Shown: positions 25,464-37,157 of the stretch, one piece after another
Layout of the letters: each line of letters starts with the position of its first letter
Numbering within the stretch: position 1 is the first letter of the stretch
NCBI GenBank assembly: GCA_039545335.1
Contig: BCIN01000002.1
Span: forward strand, 310,001-374,000
Reading direction: 5' to 3'
Source of the DNA: Kondoa subrosea
Taxonomy: Eukaryota
Length of the DNA: 64,000 nt
Notes under the pieces: generated by a model
What the model was told of the DNA's origin: nothing
What the model saw: the letters and a program-made list of their open reading frames with translations, nothing else
Database searches by the model: none
Made by a program: the position numbers and the translations under genes

Positions 25464-27325
25464 ATGGCATCCGATCGACCCTTTGTGCCTACTACACAAG
25501 GATGTCATGTTGCTGGCAGCTATACACTGGCACATCACTTTCAAGATGCGGTACAAGCCTTTCTGTCGTGCAAAGTAAGTCACGCTTTGCCTTTGTTTAG
25601 TTCCTAGCTGATGCAAACCCGCCAGCGGACTGCAAATGCACAGGCTATACTCGCAGGCATCTACAAGATAGCCGCCGACTATCACATTACCAATGCGCTC
25701 GACAACAATAGTCACCGTGTTTTCCGCTTTACCGAGGCAGACCTGATCGTGAGTATAGTGCCATGCCATCGGCTCTTAATGATGGTCAATTCCGCGCGCA
25801 GGCGTACCGCGAACATAATCCGCTGCCCGAGCCTCAGCATGAGTATCTTCCTTTGGCGAGGCAAACATTTGAAGGCAACACGACAGTGTATTTCGAGGGC
25901 AACATGGTCAATGCTCTTACTCAGTTGCGACGCGAGCGAGACCAGATCGTCTCAGTAGTGCAAGGCGCCATTCGAAAAGGCCATCACGTAGGCTGACATT
26001 GTCGCATGATCGATCTGTTTAATTGCAATTGCGCTACAGCCCGATCGTATGCAGTCCAAACAAGCCAGGGAATTTTTGGATTTTCTTCTCGGCACAATCG
26101 AGCCCTCTGCCAATCAGTGCCACCTCACGACTGGCAGTATCAATGGCCACAGAGCCTTCGTGCACCCAGTTCTACTCAGAGCCAATCCTATGCAATCATT
26201 GGCTGCTCTGCATAAGCTCCTCCCAGAACATGTATGGGCCATTAACGCGAATAATGTCGATTCGGACCTGGCCGCAGCTGTTCAGCATGGTCAATATCAA
26301 CTGACTGCAGCAGCAACTTCAGCATCATCCGCACTTGCTCAGCCCCAGCCACATGTCTCTGCTTCACAAGGATGTCATGTCTCTGGCAGCTATATGCTGG
26401 CTCACCAATTTCAATGGGCGATGCGAAACCTCTTGTTGAACAACGTGAGCCATACTTTGGCTTCCAAACCCAAAGGACTAATGTATTTCCCCCAGCCAAA
26501 TCACGGTCCAAAGGATCTGGTCAATGGTATTCATAAAATAGCCAAGGAACACCATATTACCAATGCATACGAGGACGGCAGACCTGTTTTCCACTTTTCC
26601 GAGGCAGATCTGATCGTTAGTAATGGGCACTGCCAATCGGTCGTCAATGCAGGCTGACAATATTCTCAGGCCTACCAAGCGCATGAACCGCTGCTCAATC
26701 TCCAGCATGAGGATGAACACAGACCTGTGCCGATGCAATCACACAACGTCAACGAAGCGGCTCATTTTGCAGGTAACATGGCTAATGCTCATACTCAATT
26801 ATTATGGGAACGAGTGTATCTCGAATCAGCAGTGCAAACCTCCATTCAACAAGGTCGTCACGTAAGCTCATTTTGCGTCGCATAGCGATCTTGTTCTTAC
26901 TATTCATGTTGTAGCCTCTCAATATGAACCACGGTCAAGCCAGCAGCTTCCTGAATCAGCATCTCGAGAATTTGAAGACCGCTGCCAACAATCATCATGT
27001 CACTACTGGCCTTACTGACAAGGGCAGAGAGTTCAAGCATCCAATTCTAGTGAGGGATGATCCTTTGGGAGCAATGGCTTCTCTGCATCAACTCGTTTCT
27101 CAGCATGTTTGGGGCGCTCCTCCGAGTCTCAGTGATCCTAACTTGGAACCGGCTGTTCAGCATGGTCAACATCAATCGACTCAAGCTTCAGCTTCAGCTT
27201 CCTCCGCATCTGCTCAGCAGTCTCAGTCAAATGTCTCGGCACATAGCAACATTCGTGTACAACAATCTGGCATGAGGCTGCGCAGCGGCAACACAGTCAA
27301 TACGGCCGGAGCAATGAAGCGCTGA
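25464..27325 (+). CDS. Orphan 515-aa His-rich protein with internal tandem duplication (7 coding exons: 25464-25574, 25626-25748, 25802-25987, 26040-26444, 26496-26615, 26670-26861, 26915-27325)
   Basis: All six introns are GT-AG, 51-54 nt and phase 0, and splicing gives an open frame to TGA 27325. The halves align (QGCHVAGSY/QGCHVSGSY, HITNA..VFxFxEADLI, AVQHGQ). Two putative 5'UTR introns: 25318-25386 and 25405-25450. Confidence 0.8.
25490..27240 (+). repeat. Diverged direct tandem duplication, period ~870 bp, including introns
   Basis: cacaaggatgtcatgt...ggcagctata at ~25495 and ~26365; gaggcagaNctgatcgt at ~25734 and ~26601; gctgttcagcatggtcaa at ~26277 and ~27152. Confidence 0.9.
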
Positions 27326-27465
27326 TTTGATACTCAATCTGATTATTCTCTTGTATAGCTATGCTACCCTTCCTGTATCCAGACTCAACCTCTTAGCGTT
27401 TCAGAGTTTGACTTTGTGACTTCGTCTCCTATACCGCGACTTTTATATCCCACGAAGCTGGCCAG

Positions 27466-29033
27466 ATGACGAGCAATCAGCCTCCTAGATCATCTAGAGA
27501 AGAGTACGCTGCTCAGAATAGTGCCAAATTGTAGCTCACGAGCTGCTTTCAGTGTGATGCAATTCTTGGACGAACTGGACTCTATTCCAGCCTCAAGCAG
27601 CTCAGCACCTACAGCATCAAGTCCTAGCAAACGTACATCAGGCTTACCAGCTACTTCCAACGCAGAGGAAGCTCAATCTGTTCTGGATTTCTTGGATGAA
27701 ATCACTCAACGGAGCGCGACTCCTACTGTGCCTGTACCTCCAGCTTCTGCACCAGCAGCTCGAGCATCTCTAGAGAAATCAAGTTCGCGCTCGTCTTTAC
27801 GCGCTGCTGCTCAGTCTGGTCGAACGAGCTCGGAGCTGACTAGACCTTCTCGGACTGCTTCGCCCTCAATCTATACTCCTATGCCTAAAGAGAAGAAGGA
27901 ACAAACTACATCTGCTGCTATGACACCTACACAGCACGCGTCCACAAATTCAGGCAGTTGGGGATGGTCAAACATGTGGAATTCTGCTAGTTCAGCAATC
28001 GAACAAGCCAAGAAAGTAGCAGAAGAGAACTTAGCTAAACAGACAAACAACCTAGCTTCTATTACCCAGCAACAAGAACAAGCAAAGAAATGGGTTACTG
28101 GAATGGTTAAAGGCGTTGATGTGGACAAACTGTCTAAAGACTTGAAAGCTACTTCGCTCAAGACTTTTACGGATATACTCAATGCTGTTGCTCCTCCTAT
28201 TGCGGAACACGAGGTCATTGAAGTTTGGTTAAGTCATGATATGATTGGTTATGAAGGTGTAGAGACACTAGTCTACCGTGCTTTAGCAAAGGTAGGCTAT
28301 CATCTCTAGGCTCATAGTAAGGCTCATATAAATTGCAGGTCATGGAACAAATAGAAGGCGGAGATCTGGTAGTGAATAATGGTTCACCGGATCATACTTC
28401 TACTACAACAGACGCCGAACGAGATCTGAATATAGTTGAAGGGACAGAAGAAGCTTACAAGCTCGCTATAGCCAACCTTGATGCCCTGATCAAGACTAAC
28501 CCATCCACTTCTTCCTCTAAACCAGCTTCATCTGAATCGTCCTCAGAATTACCAATAACCATCTGCCCTGTGTTCATGCGCGTGCAACCTGTTGTTTCTC
28601 CTCTACCTTTTACTATCTCTTCCTCTTCAACAACAACAGAAGGAGATAAACCACAAGACACGAAACAATTGTCTTTCATCTTGGTTTTGCGAGATCCTCA
28701 AAACAAGATTGAAACTCAAACTTTGACGCAAGCTTTACCTGCTTCTTGGTTGGATATACCATTTGAAGAGAATGAATGGGTAGAGAATGAAATGGTTGAT
28801 GTGATTAGAAAAGGAGTTGAGGTAGTTGGTCAGGTTCGTGTTCCGAATCCCCTTTCTGGCTTCAAGTAGTCTGAAGGGTGTTTATCGAACAGGACTACGT
28901 CAGAACACGACAACATGGGCGAGCCAAGATGGCTGAGCAGGTCCGGGCGAAAGATGAAGAGACATCGAAACAAGACGAGAACGAAAAGAAGGAAGAATCA
29001 GAGAAGCCTGTTGCGGAGGCTGCTGCGCAATGA
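27466..29033 (+). CDS. MTC1: Maintenance of telomere capping protein 1
   Basis: FTDILNAVAPPIAEHEVIEVWLSHDMIGYEGVETLVYRALAKVMEQIEGGDL, CPVFMRVQP, WVENEMVDVIRKGVEVVGQDY. Confidence 0.88.
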
Positions 29034-30041
29034 TGGCGTACGTATCGTTATCTGTCTTATCTGCTAGTCAGGCGACAAGAGATCTGATTGGCTCGTTGTG
29101 ATTAGGTACAGGTCGGCGCCCGATCAAGTTGAGAAGCATGAGAGCGGGAAGCATTGATTTGGTTTTGTACATAGGATGAGTAAAGCGGACAATACAGTCT
29201 ATGATAGTCTATAGACCAAGATGCATTAGTGTGCACGAAGGCTCGGCGCTAGCAGATAGCCGAGTCTCGTCCGCCATATGTTGCATGCGGAGATTGCAGC
29301 CTTGGTTCTCTTTGTACCATAAGGTCTAGCTACCAAACCCCAATATACCTCTTGTAGTCTGTAAACCCATCACCTTCTTTATATCAAGCCGAGTAGCTTC
29401 TAGCAAGTTCGCTCTTACCGCAAACAAGTGCAGACTCGAGGTTATTCTTTCCACGTTGTCGGTTTCAAATACGCAAGGCTCTTCGGTCCTAGCTTGATCA
29501 CAACACAACAAGTCCAGGAGCTAGCCTCTCCCAACCTGAGCGAAACTAGCACGGTGCGGATGTCACCATAGTTATTGATAACACGTTGAAGACTCGGAGC
29601 AGGCCTAGCTGTCCCTTACTCTGGCACAGCTATCGTTCTGGTTCTCTCGACCTTTGTAATCACGCAATCGCAACGCACTGCTCCGTTAATCAATCACAGC
29701 AATATCTGAGCTAGACTTCGACCCTTTGTTCCATTACTACTTCTACTTTCAGGCCGATACCTCTTCTACTCCCTCTCGAAGCTCGCCATCGGACAAAGTA
29801 AAGCTCAGCAAGACCTGATCACAACCTATTCAAGATTCGCTGTCCTGCGGGATCACCTCTCCTCTTTTCCCCAACTTTGCGCTTGGACAGCCTATCTACC
29901 TCTTCAAAGACCTCTCAATACTCCATTCAATCGCGCATGATCTATCTGCTTCTGTAAAAGCTCTCCCTGGTTTCACCGCTGCGGATTACATAATAGGTTT
30001 CGAATTCTTTCTAGCCAATCAATCGACGTGAAAGTAATTGG

Positions 30042-33000
30042 ATGACGGCAGCAGTATTACCTCCTTCATCGCGACCTGTTACAAGAGCAGAGCAATCTCG
30101 TTCACCAGTCCCTCATTTCAAAGACCTTTACAATACAAGCAGCAATTCATCTCGAACTTCTTTACCGCCTCCTTCTCCATCTTGGTTTTCTTCTGAACAA
30201 GGGACTATGCAGCAAAGCAATGGATTCTTATCATCCAAACCACCTGCTTTCCAGCATAGAAACTCAACTTCACCTAGAAAAACTCCTTCACCTCATTCAA
30301 GTTCTTCAAACTTAAGCGGTTCAAACCCTTCTTTATCTCCAGCTCGATTACCTTACCAAACAGCTGCGAGATCAACTTTAGGTCAATCTCAAACTTCAGC
30401 TGGCAATTTATCTCGATTATCTTCTTCTCGCTCTAGACGTCCATCAACAGCTTTAGCAACTTTGCAATCTTTCTTAGAAGGTGTTGAATTTGCAACAAGA
30501 TGTACAGGAACAGTTGGTAGAAGAGGTGAATCTAGAGATGTTTCCCGACATACTTCAAGACAAGCAACAGGTGAAAGAGGAAGAGAAAGAACTTCTTCAA
30601 TCATTTCTATGCCTTCACCTTTACCTAAAACACCAAAAAGAACTTTTAGTCAAGAATTACAAGCTTGGGGTGATTCGGATGAAGAGGATGAAGAACAAGT
30701 TATGGATTTCTCTTCTGTTGCTGATAGAACTCTAAGACCTGATGATGATGAACGAGATGAAGGAGAAGAAGAAGGAGAGAATGGTTTTGAAGTCTTTCGT
30801 GAAGGGGAAAGGTTGGAAGTGGGTGCTTTTCATGGTGGTTGTGCGGTTTCGGCTTTGGATTTACCTTCGAAAGATTCAACCAATGGAGCTAGTCCGGTCA
30901 AGAGGTTGGAGATTGTGAGAAAATTGGGTTCGGGAAGTTATGCGGTCGTCTACCTTTGCAAAGCGGTCATTTATGATCCATATGAAGATGGAGGTGATTA
31001 CGACGAAGATGAGGAAGTTGTTTATGGACAAGAGTTTGCACTCAAGTGCTTAAGCAAGAAGGATCTCAGCGGTGAACTACTCAATGTTCAGAAGTTTGAG
31101 GTCAGTTAGGCTATTGGTACCTGGACTATGCTAAAGACTCTTCCACAGGCAACGCTACATCACTCTCTTCCTGCACATAAAAATATAGTGGCTCTTCATG
31201 GTGTGAGTCCACTATGAGGGATGTCGAGTCCCGCTTAACTATGCTACCGCAGGCTTTCGAAACCCATGACTGGCTCTTTCTGATTCTCGAATACTGTCCT
31301 GGTCAAGATCTCTTCTACTGGCTGGAGCAAGCGCGAGACCACGAAGATGTAGAAGAGATGATGCATCCTTCAGCTTCTTTCCAGCACGCTGGCAAATTTC
31401 GTGCTGCTTCTCGTTTAACTTCCGGCTGGCAGCCAGAATCACATTCAGCGACACCACCTTCACCTTCACTTCTTTCTATGACCGCCATGAACCAGCTTCT
31501 GTCTAGAAGAAGACTTCGTCTCATTAGTCGAATGTTCATTCAGATGTGTGATGCTGTCGATGCATGTCATCGCATCGGAGTCTCTCATCGCGATATCAAA
31601 CCGGAGAACTTCATTTGTTGCGAAGAAGACAGTGCTAAAGGGTTGGAAAGAAAAGTTATGGTGAAGATTACCGATTGGGGTTTGGGAACAAAAGATCCAG
31701 AGTGTACCGATTTTGATTGCGGGAGTAAGCCATACATGGCCTATGGTGAGCTTTGTATTGATTTCGAAGGCAGACTTGACTGATGTGTTTGCAGAATGTC
31801 GAAACAATCTAGGTCCAACCTACAGGCCGCAACAAGCTGATATCTGGTCGCTTGGGATTGTCTTCCTCAACCTGCTCTTTCATCGCTGCCCCTGGTCGGA
31901 TCCGTCAATGTCTGATCCAGACTTTGCCGAATACTGCCAAGATCCAGTCAAGTTCCTCAATGCTCGATTTGAAGGTATTGGTCCAGAGGTGTCAAAATTC
32001 CTAGCATCAAAAGTTCTCAACTGCGAAGGACCGCGAGCAACGGCTGCAGAACTTTCGGCTTGGGCAGCTCGACTTGTCACGTTGATGAGCGATGTTCGTG
32101 AAGCAACCTTGGTCTCTGACGCTGCTGTTCCTCTCAAAGCAACTCGACCAACAGAAAAGCGACTCTCCGCTATCCTTTCTGAAACTTCTTCTACCAGACC
32201 AAGTCCCCGATCAAGCCTTCTAGCTCAATATATGATGTCTATGCCTACTTCACCAGCGACCGTTTCTCCCAGCTCTCCTGCTCCTACATCTCCTCCGTCG
32301 CAAGACCCAGATTTGCCAAATGATCTCAAAGCAAGTCTGGCCATGCAAGACCTTCATTTGGGTGATCTAGCTACTCCTATCGTACCCATTTTGGCCGAAC
32401 CGATACCGGCTTCGCCGAGTCTAGGTTTAGGTCTAGTCACTTCGCCTACTGCCCAATCTCCGCCTGCCATCGAGCACGAGCCTATTCTCGAAGGTGCAGC
32501 GGAACGAACCGTTTCAATGGGAGAATCAGATGCTGCTGCGTTGGCGGCGAAAGCAAAGCGACGCAAAAGAGGTGCTAGAAGAGGTCGATCGCAAGCACGT
32601 CCTGGTCAAGACCATCAAGATGTTCAAGAATCTTCGGTCACCGCGTCTGCTTCAGTTGTTGGACGTCATCAGCAGCTAGATCAACTTGCAGATGCTTCGC
32701 AGCGCCTCGCTCGAGAACTTAGCAAACAACCTACTCCGAACATGCAGAAACCGAAGAGCAGTGTTGGTCTGGTTGGTCGCTTCAAAGGCAGCATGTCCGG
32801 CGGACATGCAGGGCTTGAGGCTTTAGCCCAGCAGAAACAGAAGAGAGAAACTCGTTGGAACAACGGTACTTATTCTGCTCCAGCTGATATGCAGCATCCT
32901 GCTTCCGCTACTTCCTCGACCGGATCCAATTCAAGCTTCGGCACCAATTCTTGGTCTGCAGGAGAGAGTTCGCATTGGGGAAGTACATCAGCTCGCCGTC

Positions 33001-33308
33001 AACGTCAGCAGAACCTCAGTCGCTTCCATCCAGAGTCTCAGTCCGTCTCCTCGCATTCTTATACCACATCGACCTCGTCATCTCCTTCTCGCCTCAGTCA
33101 TTCAGCGAGCAATGTCTCCAGTCCAATCTCTTCCATTGCATCCAAATCATCTTCCTATTCAATCCAACCTGATTCAAGGGTTGTTCAGGTTATTGAGCTA
33201 CCTGCCAAATCGGTTGCTGCGTCCACGGTTTCCGTCGAATCGGCAGACACTATTCCGGTGCCAAACACACCAAAAGCGAAAACGTCCCGATTCTGGAAAT
33301 GGAAGTGA
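30042..33308 (+). CDS. KSP1: Ser/Thr protein kinase, Ran1/Pat1-Ksp1 family
   Basis: LGSGSYAVVY, FALKCLSK, LEYCPGQDLFYWL, HRDIKPENF, KITDWGLG, CGSKPYMAYEC, DIWSLGIVFLNLLFHRCPW. The DWG variant is a Ksp1-type hallmark. Confidence 0.85.
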
Positions 33309-33634
33309 CTTGTCCCTTTGACTGATCCCTTTGGCTTCAAACATATGTATTTATTTCGTCGTCTTTTCATCAACAAAAGGGTGGGGACTCGTCTATTTAA
33401 GAGACGGAACAAGAGAGAGTTGAGAAAAGGTTGTACAATAGCGAATAAGGGCAAGTAAGTGCATCATTCATAACATAACCAGAAAATCACAATGCAATGT
33501 AACAAAATGACTGAAATCAATTCTGCATAAATTTATCTTGAAGGGTATTGACAAAATATAGGTCTATGTCGTGGGTTCTATATGGTGCAAATCTTTCAGG
33601 TGAAGGAATGGTATCATCTTGCTTCTAAGGTTCT

Positions 33635-36600
33635 TCATGTTGATATGGTAGACTTCCGCAGTCGTTGTAGTTGCATCATGAGCTCAGCTTTCTCCTCGTC
33701 ATCGGCTTCGTCGTCTTCTCTGCAGTCCTCTTCAATGTCCTTAAGCAGGCGCTCCAAGACAGAGGTCGTGCCTGTCGCAAGTTAAACCAGTCAGCTTCCG
33801 CCTGACAGCCCTTGATAGTAAAAGATATAGCTTACCAAAGAAGCTGGACAGTTTCGCAGCAGATCGGATCTGTCTAGAGGTTTCCAAACTCTTGCGAACC
33901 GATTCACCAGATCTCCTACTGGAAAAACTGGTTCTCGTTTCTTCTACAATATCGACTTCGGGTTCATAAGCTGATCCAACATTGCTTTCTATACCACTCA
34001 GGACAGAGACTCGAGTTTCGGGACGAGAGAAGAGATCGATGGCTTCATCGTCGTATAAAGAGGAAACGTGTTCCTTCAAGGCTGAAGGATTGTTTTCGGC
34101 CAAGTATGATATAGCAGCCAGTGATTGTTGACGTAGAGAAGATCGACTGGATCGAGAGGAGAGGACGGAAGACCTTCTTTGAGCCAACAATTCTGATGTG
34201 GGTAAAGTAGAAAAGTCTTCAGCGATTGACACGTCTGATCCAGTCGAAGTCTGCTTCTGATGCATAACGGATTTGCTTCTTCTCAAATGAGCAGGTGGCT
34301 GTGATTGAGAATCGCATCAACACGAGTCGAGTGGAAAAGCAAGCTTCAGACTCACCAATTCCCCCAACATATTTTCCAACTTGCTTGCCCTAGAAAGAGT
34401 AGCAAGAGTGACCTCTGTGTCATCGGAAGCAGGCATTTCCATTCTACTACGTTCGAAATCCGAATCATCCGATTCTGAATACCCAGCACCTGGAGCAATC
34501 ATAGATTGGGTCTTCTTTTTCCTTAGTTTGCCAAAACTTTTGGAAATCATTCCGCTGGCTGCGTTGAATCGAGATTGAGATCGAGCGTGTTGTCTGCCTT
34601 GAGCCATTGTTGGGTTACGTTTCTCCAAGATTTCATGAACAGGTACGTTTTCACCCAATAAAGCATATCTGTTCGTCAAACACATCAGCCCATCATCCCA
34701 TGATGACAAGAGATGAGCAAAAACAAACATCTTCTGTACTCGTTTTCGACGTTCTTCTTTAATCCGCTGTTCTTCATATGATGTCAAAGCGTAAGCAGCC
34801 TGACCCCAAGGCTGTGCAGAATTATATTGAAATGGCGTGATAGGTGATGCCGTCGTAGCAGGAGAGCTGATTTCCCCACCTGTACTACTCCTTTGAGAAG
34901 CAGATAAAGAAGTAGGTGGCGATGCAGTATCGATAGAATTTGATCGGTAATAAGTTGGTGTTTGGGGAGAAGTAGGTGACGGAGGAGGGAAAGAAGAACG
35001 CCGACGATTCCGACGTTTAGAAACATCAAAAGTGAAACTGTCGGGCGATGGCAAAGGCGGATCAGATACAGCTCGAGCATTGCCAACGAGTGCTTTCTGT
35101 GTCGCTGCTTCATCTAATGTCTGTATGAACAACATATAGCTCATCAGCGTTTGGCAGACGCAGACTATTGTGCACTCACAGCTCCTAGCATGGTCTGCAA
35201 CTTCTTGCTCCGCTTGACTAACATCTTTCGTTCTTCCGGAGAAAGTGTATTGATAGTAAGAGGGAATTGGAAAGAGTGCAATGGCGATAGAACAGGTGAA
35301 GAAGCGTCGTCAACCAGGTCATCGAAAGGTCTAGGGGAAGTAGGTTCTTGCGGTATAGAGGTAGGGAAACGTAGTGTAGTAGAAGACGAAGGTTTAGTCG
35401 GTGAGGATCCAATAAGCTGGGAAGTAGAGTTGAAGGAATCTGAGCTTCTGATGGAGGATTTTCGACCTTGCCCGGTAGAGGAAACGCTATCTGATCCTGC
35501 TCGATTGAAAGTTGGTCTATCGAGTTGTTGAAGAGTCGCCGTACTCTCGTTGCTGATCGCTCGTCGCCTGTTTCTTGATTGCGGTCGAACAGGAAAGAGG
35601 ATTTCTCCAACTTCGTCTTTGGGACTGCCGAGTTGTATATCGCTACCGGATGAAATAGGACGATGAACAGATCTTCGTGCCCTAATGGAGCTTGCTGAGC
35701 TGTCTAATATGAGAGGTGGAGAGTAAGAGCCATTAGGTCGACAGTAAGGTGATTTCCGAGCTTCAGCACTTTCTCCAGAGAGCCATCGACTATCCCAATC
35801 AATCAATATTGATGCCGGGTGAAGTTAAACAATTTGCTCACAGCTTATCATCTCTCTTCAGCAGGGCACCAGATGCATTGAGGCCAGCTGTTTGCGTAGG
35901 TGACTCTGGCGGAGAATAACTAGGCGACTCATCCAATACCGATGCACTTGCAGGATAATAAGCACGAATAGCCGCATCATCGGCTTCATCTAACCCAGCC
36001 GAACGAGATGATTGACTTGAGCGAGAAGATTGAGGTTGGTGAGAATGGCTGAAATGGTGTTCGCAAAGAGAAGCAAGAACAGATCGAAAGAGGGCTGCGT
36101 TGGCCGATAAGCTTGAAGATGGACCTGTCGATTCAGTCGAATCTGTTCGAGAGCTCGAGAGAGAATCGGTCAAAATGGTATAGAAGGAGCAGTCCGTTTC
36201 TTTCACTGTCGATTCTTGCGGAGTGAAGATAAGTTTAAGCTGCTGATCCACTTGTGATTGTTCTGTGAGTACAATCTCAGGACTGAATCCTGGATGTAGA
36301 TGTCACCACGGATAGACTCACCTGCAATCTGATGCTGAACAAGCCAATTTCCCGCTTTCCAAGCCAACACTCTGATCTCTTCCAATGAACCTTTCATCTC
36401 CAATGGCCGACTTCTGTTTAGTATCGAGTCGAGCGAGAAGTCATGTAACTTCAAAGGAGACATCCAATCATTTTCGCCAGCTTCTGTTCTAGGGTACGAA
36501 TACTAGCATCTCTATCTCAGCTCACCTTTCACCATCGAGACGCGAGATGGGAGAGCTTACCACTTCAGATACATAAGACAACCATTCCTCTAACAAATCA

Positions 36601-36782
36601 GACTTGCTGTCCTCGCCATCTGATAATCCCAAGCCGACCAGCGGACTCGTTCGAATTGTTCGGCCAAGTGTCAAGCAGTCCAACCAAAACATGAGAATGG
36701 GTAAAACGGTTCGAGCTTCAGAACCAGAGTGCAGGCATTGGCGAGTTGTGGTGAGCCAGTAGTTTTGACTTGCAAGATCCAT
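33635..36782 (-). CDS. Uncharacterised Ser-rich protein with four K-L/M-x-x-M/L/F-L/F-G motifs
   Basis: A chain of ORFs (36522-36833, 36203-36463, 35838-36251, 35165-35806, 34317-35144, 33741-34286) is joined by canonical splice sites; last exon ends TGA 33635. The start is uncertain. Confidence 0.7.
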
Positions 36783-37157
36783 GGTTGCTAATTGGCAAGA
36801 CAAGAGCAGAGCAACGAAGCGCAACAAAAACAAGCAGAGGCCCCAAAACCTTGAAGGTCAAAGCTCCTGAGGCGTGATTGTAAGGAATGGCGCAGAAGAT
36901 ATAGACGGTGTAGCACTGGCCCTGTAGGAGAGCCGCTGTCACTTAGCTCTTAGTACGCGAGCGCGCAGCAGAAGAGAAGTTTTATATATCACGTTTCGTA
37001 AACAAGAGCCTGGATACGCGCGTACCTGACTGGCAGCCCTGACAGTAGTTCATCGACAGGGGATCAATGCGTTATCATGACATAGACAAATGCAAGTAAG
37101 CGCTAAATAGTACAAGAGCTAGCAAAACCATGACTCCCGAAGCGATCCTAAGTTGGA

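Noticed and set aside
31670..31800. Kinase DFG-to-DWG and APE-to-AYE changes as signs of a pseudokinase
   Set aside because: The catalytic Lys, HRD Asp and Mg-binding Asp are intact, and DWG is normal for Ksp1-type kinases.
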